From: an uncultured cyanobacterium
GTDB lineage: Bacteria; Cyanobacteriota; Cyanobacteriia; Cyanobacteriales; Cyanobacteriaceae
NCBI GenBank assembly: GCA_963749915.1
Contig: CAVVOP010000021.1
Span: 96,001 to 160,000 of the forward strand
Length of the DNA stretch: 64,000 nt
Direction of reading: 5' to 3'
The notes beneath the pieces are model-generated. The model was not told where the DNA came from. It saw only the letters and a program-made list of their open reading frames with translations, and ran no database searches. This document shows, piece by piece, positions 8,425 to 18,204 of this stretch (its first letter is position 1; the number at the start of each line of letters is the position of its first letter). Both the position numbers and the translations under genes were made by a program.

Positions 8425-11175
8425 TTAACGATTACCTACAGCTTTTGCTGGCGGTGGGTCAATTCGGTTGACGAAGATGGCCATCGGCACCATGGGCAGC
8501 ATTGGGAGTAAACAGATTAGCCACTGATTCCGGGTTAGCGGGGCTGTTTGAAATAGGGTATTCATCACCCCCCATTGGCTAAACAAAACCTGTAATACGA
8601 TTGAAGCGATGATACCACCAATCAGGATTGGTGCATTGGTGATACATTTTGACTGACGACGCATATAGTTGAACAAACTAATCCCCAATTGACTGATACT
8701 CAGAAGGTAGATAATGCGAGCAGCAACAAGGGCTTGAATTGCCATCGTACGTGCTACGGCAATATCTCCCGTTGTTGATTCAGCCCATTCAAAAATACCG
8801 AAAATCAGAATCCAGTTAAACAGGGAAACTGCCAAAATTCGACGTAATAATTTTGGGGTGAGCAACGGTTCATTGGGGTTACGCGGCGGCTGTTGCATCG
8901 TTCCATTAGATTTTGGTTCAAAAGCAAGAGGAACCGTCATGGTTAGCGAGTTGATCATGTTGAGCCAGAGCACTTGTAAGGCAAGAATGGGCAAATCTCG
9001 TGCGAGAAAGGCACTAATCAAGATAGTCATGGATTCACCACCATTGACGGGTAAGAGAAAGGCGATCGCTTTGCGCAAGTTTTGATAGACGGTACGCCCT
9101 TCTTCAACCGCCGCTTCGATGGAGGCAAAGTTATCATCGGTGAGCAGCATATCCGCGGATTCCCGTGCGACTTCCGTTCCTCCTTTCCCCATCGCAATGC
9201 CGATGTCGGCTTGTTTGAGAGCGGGTGCATCATTCACGCCATCCCCCGTCATGGCGACAATTTCTCCCTTAGACTGAAGTGCTTCTACCAGTTGCAGCTT
9301 CTGGGCAGGAGCGACTCTGGCAAACACCGATCCCGCTTCAACCGCTTGAGCAATTTGGCGATCGTCCATTTGGGATAATTGTTGCCCTTCAAAACCTAAA
9401 ACCTTTCCTGCTGTTTGAATGCCCATGCGTTGCGCGATCGCCTGTGCTGTAGCAATATGATCCCCGGTGATCATCTTCACCTGAATTCCGGCAGACTGAC
9501 AGGCATGGACGGCGGCGATCGCCTCGGGTCGGGGCGGGTCAATCATCCCTTGCAATCCCAGAAAGACCAAACCCGTTTCGATATCCTCGTGTTCGACCGA
9601 ATGCTGATGGGCGTGTACTTCCTTTTTGGCAAAGGCTAGCACCCGTAACCCTTGTTCTGCCATTTTTTCGACAACTTGCTCAATCTGTTCTGGGTGGAGG
9701 GTAATAGTAATAGTCTGTCCATTCCGATCTATCATCCGAGAGCAACGATTTATCAGTGCCTCCAATGCTCCTTTGATATAGATCGTACGGGGAGTTCCAT
9801 CATGCAAGGTTGCCATATATTGGTACTGGGATTCAAAGGGAATTGCATCTAGTCGAGGTCTTGAGGCTAATAGCCCTGATTGACTCAGACCTGCTTTTGC
9901 GGCGGCTGTAATCAGCGCCCCTTCCGTCGGATCGCCAACAACCGCCCAACCTTCCCCCTCTTGTTTTAGTTGAGAATCATTACACAGTAACCCAGACACC
10001 AGACAGTCTTCTAAACCTGGCGGCAACCCATCCTGGAATGGCTCACTGGGGTTGCCATTGGTCGTCAGACTCAGTTCTCCTTTGGGACTATAGCCGCTAC
10101 CGCTGACGGTATAGTATTGCCCCCCAGCGTAAATAGCTTGTACCGTCATTTGATTTTCCGTGAGCGTTCCCGTTTTGTCGGAACAAATGACCGTCGCGCT
10201 TCCCAAGGCCTCCACCGCCGGCAGCTTGCGAATAATGGCATGACGCTCGGCCATGCGGTTAACGCCAATGGCCAAGGTAATGGTGACCACTGCTGGCAGC
10301 CCTTCAGGAATGGCACTAACAGCTAGGGCAACAGCGGCTTCAAACATATAAAGCCAGGACTCTCCCTGCCCCAGCCCGATGGCGAAAGTTAGAGTTGCCA
10401 GGGTCAAAATTCCGTAGAGTAGGGTGCGGCTAAACTTGGCGAACTTACGGGTCAGCGGTGTACTGAGGCTGACTCGACTTTCCATGGACTGAGAAATCTG
10501 CCCAACTTCCGTGGCATTGGCGATGGCAACTACGATGCCCTTCCCCTGCCCAAAAGTGATGAAACTTCCTGCGAAGGCCATGTTGGTCCGTTCTGCTAGT
10601 GGGGTGTCCAGTGGTAAAGGTTCGACAGATTTATCGACGGGCACAGATTCCCCCGTCAGGGCAGACTCATCTACCTGCAAATTGCGAACCTTCAGCAGCC
10701 TCAGATCCGCTGGAACTTTATCTCCCGATGCCAGTAAGACTACATCTCCCACCACCAAATCCCGCGAGGGAATCCGTAGGGTTTGTCCCTCACGCAGCAC
10801 GGTTGTTTCTGTCGTTACCGCTTTGGCAAGGGACGCGATCGCATTTTCCGCCTTAGCTTCCTGAACATAGCCAATAATGGCATTGATAAAAGTAACGCCC
10901 CAAATTACTGCTGAATTTGTCCATGAACCCAGGAGTGCCTTAACAGTCCCCGCAAGCAGCAGAATATAGAGAAGCGGCTGATGAAATTGCAAGAGAAATC
11001 TCAACCAGGCTGATTTTCCAGGCTTGAATTTTAGTTCATTCCAGCCATACTTTTCATAGCGACTGGCGACTTCTTCTGCGGTTAAGCCTACTTCTGCATC
11101 GCTACCACAATATTCTATGACTTCTCGATCGTCCAGGTCATAATAAGAGCGCAATTGTAATTGAATTGGTATCAT
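8425..11175 (-). CDS. Cation-transporting P-type ATPase (type II, PacL/Pma1-like)
   Basis: TGES, IPEGLP, DKTGTLT phosphorylation site, [12 protein letters not shown]. Confidence 0.93.
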   Translation of the reverse strand: MIPIQLQLRSYYDLDDREVIEYCGSDAEVGLTAEEVASRYEKYGWNELKFKPGKSAWLRFLLQFHQPLLYILLLAGTVKALLGSWTNSAVIWGVTFINAIIGYVQEAKAENAIASLAKAVTTETTVLREGQTLRIPSRDLVVGDVVLLASGDKVPADLRLLKVRNLQVDESALTGESVPVDKSVEPLPLDTPLAERTNMAFAGSFITFGQGKGIVVAIANATEVGQISQSMESRVSLSTPLTRKFAKFSRTLLYGILTLATLTFAIGLGQGESWLYMFEAAVALAVSAIPEGLPAVVTITLAIGVNRMAERHAIIRKLPAVEALGSATVICSDKTGTLTENQMTVQAIYAGGQYYTVSGSGYSPKGELSLTTNGNPSEPFQDGLPPGLEDCLVSGLLCNDSQLKQEGEGWAVVGDPTEGALITAAAKAGLSQSGLLASRPRLDAIPFESQYQYMATLHDGTPRTIYIKGALEALINRCSRMIDRNGQTITITLHPEQIEQVVEKMAEQGLRVLAFAKKEVHAHQHSVEHEDIETGLVFLGLQGMIDPPRPEAIAAVHACQSAGIQVKMITGDHIATAQAIAQRMGIQTAGKVLGFEGQQLSQMDDRQIAQAVEAGSVFARVAPAQKLQLVEALQSKGEIVAMTGDGVNDAPALKQADIGIAMGKGGTEVARESADMLLTDDNFASIEAAVEEGRTVYQNLRKAIAFLLPVNGGESMTILISAFLARDLPILALQVLWLNMINSLTMTVPLAFEPKSNGTMQQPPRNPNEPLLTPKLLRRILAVSLFNWILIFGIFEWAESTTGDIAVARTMAIQALVAARIIYLLSISQLGISLFNYMRRQSKCITNAPILIGGIIASIVLQVLFSQWGVMNTLFQTAPLTRNQWLICLLPMLPMVPMAIFVNRIDPPPAKAVGNR

Positions 11176-11275
11176 GTTCTTCCATTCAATAGTTTTACGG
11201 TTACATTTTCGGGGTTAAAGACTGGCAGAATAAATGCCACAACGCCACCAGATGTGCCAGATACCAGGGACTATG

Positions 11276-12100
11276 CTAATTATTTAAGGCGATCGCCATA
11301 GCCTTAGATGGGACAGTATGATAAACCTGGGCTAAATATTGCATAACCGCCTGGGAATCATTATAGGATAAAGGAATATCACCCAATACATCAAGGATAT
11401 TTTTATTTTCCGTTGGTGGCACAATTACCGCCAGAGAAGAATCTAAAGCTTCCTCATATTCCCAAAAATTATCGATGGTTAAAGGTGCGGCAGTTCTATT
11501 AGTATGGTGTTTACGCTTGGGAATTGACTTAATTTTACCCAACATTTCCGGCTGCAAAGTTTTACCCGATAGCTGCTGACTACGAGAAACCCGTAACGCT
11601 TCTAAAATTTGCTCTTTACTTCTACCCCTTAACTGAAATATGATAAAAGGGTCTTCACTAAAACGATCGGCTAATTGATAATAAACTGCACCAATATGTT
11701 TACAAGGGTTAGCCTTGTCAGGGCAAGTGCAACGAGATTTGACATCAGTTAAATTAAAGGGGAATAAACTTAAGCCATTTTTGATGAAAACTTGTTCTAT
11801 TTCTGAAGGCATTTCTCCTACTAATAATTGTGCCGCCAAAATTGACTTTTCGGACATACTTATAATCACATATCCCCAATCTTCATCAGAAAAAGCATCT
11901 AACCCTAATGTCACTTTATAAGGCTTTTCTTCTGTGCCTTGGACTTCCGCCACTAACTGGGATTGTTTAAACTCGATATTTAAAACATTACCTTCTCTCG
12001 AATAATTCCGTGCTCTTTCTAATCTTTTTTTAAAACGGTAAGAATCTAGTAATTCTAGCCATTTGTCTACCCACCATTGTCTATTAATCATGTTATCCAC
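11276..12100 (-). CDS. SWIM zinc finger protein
   Basis: CTCPDKANPCKH SWIM motif; RLERARNY and DPFIIFQLRG segments. Confidence 0.88.
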   Translation of the reverse strand: MDNMINRQWWVDKWLELLDSYRFKKRLERARNYSREGNVLNIEFKQSQLVAEVQGTEEKPYKVTLGLDAFSDEDWGYVIISMSEKSILAAQLLVGEMPSEIEQVFIKNGLSLFPFNLTDVKSRCTCPDKANPCKHIGAVYYQLADRFSEDPFIIFQLRGRSKEQILEALRVSRSQQLSGKTLQPEMLGKIKSIPKRKHHTNRTAAPLTIDNFWEYEEALDSSLAVIVPPTENKNILDVLGDIPLSYNDSQAVMQYLAQVYHTVPSKAMAIALNN

Positions 12101-12173
12101 TTTTTCCTAAAGTTATCAAAATTTTTGATACTTTTAATATTGTAATATTGCAAAGCGAAGTGCGAAAAGTGGG

Positions 12174-12229
12174 GTTCAACCTCTAACCTCGTAATCTGAA
12201 TTTATACAGTTTGACGTGCGGGATGTGGG
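12174..12229 (-). mobile_element. Solo 56-bp left-end fragment of the IS1634-family element
   Basis: Reverse complement matches 57606-57661 with one mismatch. Confidence 0.9.
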
Positions 12230-12253
12230 GTGAAAATTTTTTTTTCATGGGGA

Positions 12254-12310
12254 CTGCCTTCTGCCCTACCCTCGACCACATTGATATTTTCCAAAACCCT
12301 CGCAGTATTG
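12254..12310 (+). repeat. Dispersed repeat end (...CCCTCGCAGTATTG family)
   Basis: 57 bp matching 46602-46658 with 3 mismatches; inverted relative at 15496. Confidence 0.85.
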
Positions 12311-12318
12311 CCACAGGA

Positions 12319-13161
12319 CTACCGTAACTTAGTAGTAAGTTGACGAGCTTTGTAAAAAGTCTCTAAACTATGGGTATCCCCCACAAAACGCCAATGCCAA
12401 GGCTCATAAATGATACCCTGTAAATTATCGGGGGTAAAAGATAACTCAAAACTGTATTTTGGCGCATTTTGACTTAACCATTTGTAAGCGGATGTCTTTT
12501 CAAAACTAGTATTTAAGTTAGTTGCAGGGGCGTTACCATCACCAATATCGATGGCATAACCTGTATGATGTTCACTATAACCCGGAGGTGCACTCACTTC
12601 TGCCCTTTTTGAGGTGGGTTGTTTTCGTTGTTCTTTTATCTGAAAAAAAAGGTATTCTTGATCTTTAATTGATCGAAACCCCGAAATCGGTGCTAGGATG
12701 ACACCTTGTGCCCTTGCGTCTTTCTGCATTTGTAAAAATTTATCGGCGGCTTTTTGTCTTAATTTAATTCCTCCATCGCGGGTGACAGCTTTTAACTCCA
12801 TTTGAGGGGCTTCCTCATAAACTAAATGTCCTAAAATATTATCGGGTATTTTTTCCTGGTTATTCGATTCTTCGGCAAATTTATCAGAAATAACGGAAGC
12901 AGTATTATTAACGGTTTCCGCAGGAGAAGGAACATTAACCTGTGGTGATTGGGGATTACGGCTAAACAAGAATAAAATCAATGCCAACAACCCCACGAGA
13001 GTGCCGATAACAGCAATATTAACCCTGCTTGTGGAGATCGAATTTGATTTAACAGTTTTGTTAGCTTCCCTTAAAGCGACTGGAATTTCATCCATAGACG
13101 TTACATTTCTTGACTTGATGTTAATTATTTTAGCCCTTTGTGGTGGATCAATCATCATCAT
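12319..13161 (-). CDS. M15B D-Ala-D-Ala carboxypeptidase (VanY-like), membrane anchored
   Basis: SGFRS, SAPPGYSEHHTGYAID (SxHxxGxAxD), YEPWHW; N-terminal TM helix; start could be 13095. Confidence 0.9.
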   Translation of the reverse strand: MMMIDPPQRAKIINIKSRNVTSMDEIPVALREANKTVKSNSISTSRVNIAVIGTLVGLLALILFLFSRNPQSPQVNVPSPAETVNNTASVISDKFAEESNNQEKIPDNILGHLVYEEAPQMELKAVTRDGGIKLRQKAADKFLQMQKDARAQGVILAPISGFRSIKDQEYLFFQIKEQRKQPTSKRAEVSAPPGYSEHHTGYAIDIGDGNAPATNLNTSFEKTSAYKWLSQNAPKYSFELSFTPDNLQGIIYEPWHWRFVGDTHSLETFYKARQLTTKLR

Positions 13162-13276
13162 TATTAGTTTCAGCGTATCTTCAGCTAAATTTCAGGTAAA
13201 CTAGCTTTAATAAACGATAGACGATTAATAATAAGTTTAGATTAATTATTAAGAACTATTTAAGGACAAAATTAAA

Positions 13277-14122
13277 ATGAGTTACGATATTGAAAAATCC
13301 GTTATTAGCAGATACGACAATGGGGCAAAAGAACATCAACCTAGTTTATGTTGTCCTACAGAATATGATCCTAAATTTTTGCAAATTATTCCCGATGAAA
13401 TTATAGCAAAAGATTATGGTTGCGGTGATCCTACTTCATACGTTAACGAAGGAGAAATTGTGGTCGATTTAGGATCAGGGGTAGGAAAAAATTGTTATAT
13501 TATGGCTCAGAAAGTCGGCAAAAATGGTCAAGTTATCGGTATTGATTTTAATGATAACATGCTCAATTTATCCCGTAAATATCAACAACAAATTGGTGAT
13601 AAATTAGGTTATAGTAACACTAAATTTGTTAAGGGTAAAATTCAAGATTTAAAATTGCCTTTAGACAAGGTTGAATCCTTGTTAAAAAACAACCCTATTG
13701 ATAGCTTACAACAATTACGCACCTTTGAAATAGAATGCGATCGCCTCCGTAAAGAAGAAACCCTCATCAAAGATGATTCCATTGATGTAGTGGTCTCTAA
13801 TTGTGTTTTAAACTTAGTAAAACCTGAAGATAAAGAACAACTTTTTCGTGAAATTTATCGAGTGTTAAAATGGGGGGGGAAGGCCGTTATTTCTGATATA
13901 GTATGTGATCAAGATTTACCTCCAGAAATAATTAATGATCCCGAATTATGGAGTGGTTGTATAGCAGGAGCATTTAGGGAAGATTTATTTATTAAAATGT
14001 TTGAAAATGCCGAATTTAATGCCGTCGAAATAGTAGCCCGACAAAGCGAACCTTGGCAAGTCATTAAAGGTATCGAGTTTCGATCTTTAACCGTCAAAGC
14101 ATATAAGGGAAAAAAAGGATAA
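13277..14122 (+). CDS. SAM-dependent methyltransferase, arsenite methyltransferase (ArsM)-like
   Basis: LCCP, YGCGDP, VDLGSGVG, VVSNCVLNL, WSGCIAGA. Confidence 0.75.
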   Translation: MSYDIEKSVISRYDNGAKEHQPSLCCPTEYDPKFLQIIPDEIIAKDYGCGDPTSYVNEGEIVVDLGSGVGKNCYIMAQKVGKNGQVIGIDFNDNMLNLSRKYQQQIGDKLGYSNTKFVKGKIQDLKLPLDKVESLLKNNPIDSLQQLRTFEIECDRLRKEETLIKDDSIDVVVSNCVLNLVKPEDKEQLFREIYRVLKWGGKAVISDIVCDQDLPPEIINDPELWSGCIAGAFREDLFIKMFENAEFNAVEIVARQSEPWQVIKGIEFRSLTVKAYKGKKG

Positions 14123-14243
14123 AATTCACTTATGAAAACAAAAAAATCGCACTTTTGAACATTGATTATGAATCATTGAGGATTGCTATTTCACCCCATC
14201 AAGAGATAATAACAATATTAGTATTGTAAAAGTATTTAAACTA

Positions 14244-15200
14244 ATGAACCAACAAACCCTCAAAGCTTATCTCGATTTAATTCAAGGACTTTTGAGTTGT
14301 CCCAGAGGAGAAGAATGGATACTGCTAAGACAGAATGAAGAATTGGTTAATCCTGAACTAGTAGAAGTGATGGAACAAGTCGCCAGTCATTTAGCCATAG
14401 AAGGTCAAATCAAAGCAGCTAAGTATTTGCACAACTGGGCAGGGAAACTGCATCATATTTTGACAGAGAATGTTCCCACTCCCAAAAATAATAACGATAA
14501 AACCAAAGCCTATCTGGAACTTATCGAAGCCTTACTCAGTTCTCCCAAAGGTTCTGAAGAGGAAATTTTGGCAGCCCATCAGGAGTTAATCGGTCCAGAA
14601 TTAGTCAAGATCATGAAACAAGTCGCTAGTCAGATCGCAGCCGAAGGAGATCAAGAAAAAGCTAATTTGTTAAATAATTTGGCTACAGAGTTAAACAGCA
14701 CTTGGCTTAAAAACCATGAATTTCAACCGACTCTAAAAAAAGAGGTGGCTGCCGATCCTTGGTTAGAGGAGAATTCTCCACCAACACATCCATCAGAAAC
14801 AAAAACGGAAACAGAAACAAAAACAGAAATAGAAACCCAACCAACCGAAAATGAAATACCAGCGGTGGAAGAACCCGTAAGCCCATCTTCCGAACCGAAA
14901 ACTTCGAGGGAGGTACAACTGGCAGAACAGCTGGAGAAGATCGCCGATTCTTTAGCCAAGTTAGAAACCACCTTAGCTTCGCGACTGCAAGTATCAAACC
15001 CTTTATGGTATATGGATATTCTCGAAAAAGCCGAGACGGCCAACTGGATCTTAACCACTGATGAAATAGAACATTTAATCGGTATTAAACCCCAATGTCA
15101 TCACGAGGAGACTTCTTACCACAGAGGTAGCTGGATATTTATTAAAGCAGGAAAAATTGGCCCACAGACGGGCTGGCAAGTTAAGAAAGTTTCCGCCTAA
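14244..15200 (+). CDS. Hypothetical protein with two tandem helical repeats, an acidic linker and a C-terminal domain
   Basis: 318-aa ORF; internal repeat KAYLDLIQGLLSCPRGEE / KAYLELIEALLSSPKGSE. Confidence 0.8.
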   Translation: MNQQTLKAYLDLIQGLLSCPRGEEWILLRQNEELVNPELVEVMEQVASHLAIEGQIKAAKYLHNWAGKLHHILTENVPTPKNNNDKTKAYLELIEALLSSPKGSEEEILAAHQELIGPELVKIMKQVASQIAAEGDQEKANLLNNLATELNSTWLKNHEFQPTLKKEVAADPWLEENSPPTHPSETKTETETKTEIETQPTENEIPAVEEPVSPSSEPKTSREVQLAEQLEKIADSLAKLETTLASRLQVSNPLWYMDILEKAETANWILTTDEIEHLIGIKPQCHHEETSYHRGSWIFIKAGKIGPQTGWQVKKVSA

Positions 15201-15495
15201 TCGGCTCAGGTACAAATAAATAATACATCTCTTTGTTTAACTCGTCGGTCTGGGGTGAACAATCTCTTTGTAATTACAATAATCACGTTTTGTTCTTTTA
15301 GAAGGGTCCTCAGGCTTTAGCTGTGCCGGGGTGCGATCGTTCAGAGTCAAGAACCTGAAAGGGTTATAAGACCTTATGGCGATCGCAAAAATATTAAGTG
15401 TTCCTCGATAATCTGTCAAATAAGCGAGAGAAGCTGGGCGGTCAGTCCTCAATCCATATCTCGCACTTCGGATTGTAGCTTTTAAGTTATTCCCC

Positions 15496-15695
15496 CAATA
15501 CTGCGAGGGATTTGAATAATTATGTGTTGTGACAAGGATAGGGAAGAGGGGGAAGCTTTCGGGTGTAGGTTTTTAATATTTGGGCGAAGGTGAGACTTGG
15601 AAGATGGGGAAGATGGGGAAGAGGGGGAAGAAAAATCCCACACTCCTCATTTGATCAAGACTCCTCATTTGATCAAGTTTTTCAGCTTAACCGAA
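15496..15695 (+). repeat. Composite dispersed repeat: CAATACTGCGAGGG end, GGGAAGATG-type 9-mers, tandem 18-mer, CTTAACCGA end
   Basis: Ends match the repeat family at 12310, 46658, 55383 and 56903; ACTCCTCATTTGATCAAG duplicated at 15642-15677. Confidence 0.7.
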
Positions 15696-16064
15696 TTGAT
15701 AAGGGATAATAAAATTATTTTTGAGATTTTTTATACTTTGAGAATTCCTATGGTATAAGGGCCTCTAAAGATTTTAATGTGAATTAAAGTAACTAATTAT
15801 TATTATATGTTAACTTTGTGATTTCCCCTAAGATTATTAATTTAAAATGAGAAAGAGTGAAAGACAATATTAACTATTTGAGGGATTATTTTCCTGGTAA
15901 TAAAGGTAGATAAATGTGCAAAAAATGCTTAATACAATAATGTTAAAGTCTCCACCACAAACAGCTAACACAGCTAAAGCTCAATTTTCCTTCGGTCATT
16001 TAAATGTTAGCCCTCTACTTTTAAGTTATACATTATCAACTGTCAACTATCAACTGTTAAAACC

Positions 16065-16781
16065 ATGTCCGTGAATACATTAAAAATTGATGGTATTGAC
16101 GTAGCGGTAGAATCTGGTACATCAATATTAAAAGCCGCCCAAGAAGCGGGGATAAGGATTCCCACTCTCTGCCATTTTCAAGGGGTTTCCAATGTGGGAG
16201 CTTGTCGTATGTGTTTAGTGGAAATTAAAGGTAATTCTAATCTTGTATCGAGTTGCGTGACTGAGGCCCAAGAAGGGATGGAAGTTATTACTCGAACAGA
16301 GCAGTTACAAGAATATCGCAAAATGATTATAGAATTGCTTTTTGCTGAAGGTAATCATGTTTGTGCGGTATGTGTTGCTAACAATAATTGTCAACTGCAA
16401 GATATAGCAATTGAAGTGGGGATGGATCATACAAGGTTTAATTATCGTTACCCCCAAAGGGATGTTGATTTATCTCATCCGCAATTTGGCATTGATCATA
16501 ATCGCTGTATCCTCTGTACTAGATGCGTTCGAGTCTGTGCTGAAATTGAATCTGCCCATGTTTGGAATGTGGCATTTCGAGGGGCAGCGGCGAAAATCAT
16601 TAGTGGTTTGAATCAGCCTTGGGGAGAGGTATCCGCTTGTACTTCCTGCGGTAAATGTGTGGATGCTTGTCCTACGGGTAGTATTTTCCGTAAAGGTGAT
16701 ACCGTAGCGGAAACGGAAAAAGATCGTGATGAAATTGAATTTTTGAATAGAGCACGGGAGAAACATCAATGGACAAGATAA
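16065..16781 (+). CDS. hoxU: Bidirectional [NiFe]-hydrogenase diaphorase small subunit
   Basis: IPTLC..GACRMC 2Fe-2S motif, HVCAVC..C, CILCTRCVRVC and CTSCGKCVDACP 4Fe-4S motifs; overlaps hoxY start. Confidence 0.96.
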   Translation: MSVNTLKIDGIDVAVESGTSILKAAQEAGIRIPTLCHFQGVSNVGACRMCLVEIKGNSNLVSSCVTEAQEGMEVITRTEQLQEYRKMIIELLFAEGNHVCAVCVANNNCQLQDIAIEVGMDHTRFNYRYPQRDVDLSHPQFGIDHNRCILCTRCVRVCAEIESAHVWNVAFRGAAAKIISGLNQPWGEVSACTSCGKCVDACPTGSIFRKGDTVAETEKDRDEIEFLNRAREKHQWTR

Positions 16782-17317
16782 GATTTGCAACGGTGTGGTT
16801 GGCTGGTTGTTCGGGTTGTCATATGTCATTCCTGGATCTAGATGAGTTTTTATTCGATGTTGCCGAGGCGGTGGATGTAGTTTATAGTCCTGTTGCTAGT
16901 GACATCAAAGAGTATCCCGACAATGTTGATATCTGTCTCGTGGAAGGTGCCATCGCCAATGAGGAAAATTTAAAATTACTATTGAAAGTAAGACAACGCA
17001 CTAAATTTTTAATTTCCTTCGGGGATTGTGCTGTAACTGCCAATGTGCCAGCTATGCGCAATATGTTAAACGGTACAGATCCAGTTTTAAAACGTTGCTA
17101 TTTAGAGTTAAGCGATGATTCGGGACAAATACCAAAAGACTCCGACATTGTACCGGAATTATTGGAAAAAGTACAGCCCATTCATCACCTGATAGATGTG
17201 GATTTATTCTTGCCGGGTTGCCCTCCTTCCGCCCAAAGAATCAAAGATGCCATCGCACCTCTGTTAAAAGGAGAAAGACCAGTCATGGAAGGGCGAGAAA
17301 TGATCAAATTTGGTTAA
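16769..17317 (+). CDS. hoxY: Bidirectional [NiFe]-hydrogenase small subunit
   Basis: WLAGCSGCHMSFLD, FGDCAVTANVPAMRN, LPGCPP. Confidence 0.96.
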   Translation: MDKIRFATVWLAGCSGCHMSFLDLDEFLFDVAEAVDVVYSPVASDIKEYPDNVDICLVEGAIANEENLKLLLKVRQRTKFLISFGDCAVTANVPAMRNMLNGTDPVLKRCYLELSDDSGQIPKDSDIVPELLEKVQPIHHLIDVDLFLPGCPPSAQRIKDAIAPLLKGERPVMEGREMIKFG

Positions 17318-17362
17318 CATCAAAGACCATGATTAGAAATAGAAATCAACCTGAATTATGAT

Positions 17363-18112
17363 ATGGAAAATTCCACAGAATATATTACAACTCTTATTTC
17401 CTTACATCGGGGTTTAAAGCGTCAAGGACCTGGGGATGATAACTTATCTCATCAAATACTGAATAGTTTAAATTTACCAGTTCAACCAAAAATAGCTGAT
17501 CTAGGATGTGGAAGTGGAAGTGCATCCATATTACTAGCTCAGTTTTTTCATAGTCCAGTCATCGCCTTAGATATATCTGATTCCTTTCTGAAAGAGCTTA
17601 CAAATCGAGCTAAAATATTGAACCTAGATCATTTGATTACTCCTATTCAAGGAGATATGGCAAAGTTAGGCTGGTTGCCTAATTCTTTTGATTTATTTTG
17701 GTCTGAAGGGGCAGTATATAATATAGGGTTTGAAAAGGCTTTACATCTTTGGCGACCATTTTTAAAGGAAGGTGGCAAGGCAGTCATTTCCGAGATTAGC
17801 TGGTTTGTTCAAGATATTCCCGACAAACTTTTTGAATATTGGCACTCGATATATCCGAAAATAGCTACGGAGGAACAAAATATCTCTTTTGCCGAAACTG
17901 CCAATTTTAAAGTTCTTAACACTTATCGATTGTCTAGTCATTCTTGGTGGAAAAATTACTATAATCCCTTAAAAATAAATATAGAAAAATTTAATTCGAA
18001 CACTGATCCTATGAATCAATTAGTCATTAGTGAATTTGAGTCAGAAATGAATTTATTTAAAAAATATAGTGATTTCTATGGATATACTTTTTATGTTCTT
18101 CAAGCCTCTTAA
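17363..18112 (+). CDS. Class I SAM-dependent methyltransferase
   Basis: RQGPGD, IADLGCGSG, FDLFWSEGAVYNIGF, YGYTFYV. Confidence 0.88.
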   Translation: MENSTEYITTLISLHRGLKRQGPGDDNLSHQILNSLNLPVQPKIADLGCGSGSASILLAQFFHSPVIALDISDSFLKELTNRAKILNLDHLITPIQGDMAKLGWLPNSFDLFWSEGAVYNIGFEKALHLWRPFLKEGGKAVISEISWFVQDIPDKLFEYWHSIYPKIATEEQNISFAETANFKVLNTYRLSSHSWWKNYYNPLKINIEKFNSNTDPMNQLVISEFESEMNLFKKYSDFYGYTFYVLQAS

Positions 18113-18204
18113 AAACTGAATAAGAGCCTTGATCACTTACCATAATTAAGATATTTGTAAAAAAAATAAGGATTATTTTAAATACTAATAATAAGGAGAT
18201 AAAA

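Noticed and set aside
8858..10864. Many antisense ORFs inside the P-type ATPases (also 52770-55182) and the RTX gene (44065-46032)
   Set aside because: Shadow ORFs expected opposite higher-GC coding sequence; no recognisable motifs.
15237..15452. 71-aa minus-strand ORF or decayed gene upstream of hox
   Set aside because: No recognisable motif, TTG start, and alternative frames contain many stops; cannot be supported.
15642..15677. Tandem 18-mer and other short repeats as a possible CRISPR array
   Set aside because: Only two abutting copies, no spacers and no cas genes; heptamer arrays elsewhere are ordinary cyanobacterial short tandem repeats.
15700..16064. NtcA, LexA or Rex operators in the hoxU leader
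   Set aside because: Only partial matches in very AT-rich DNA; no convincing palindrome.
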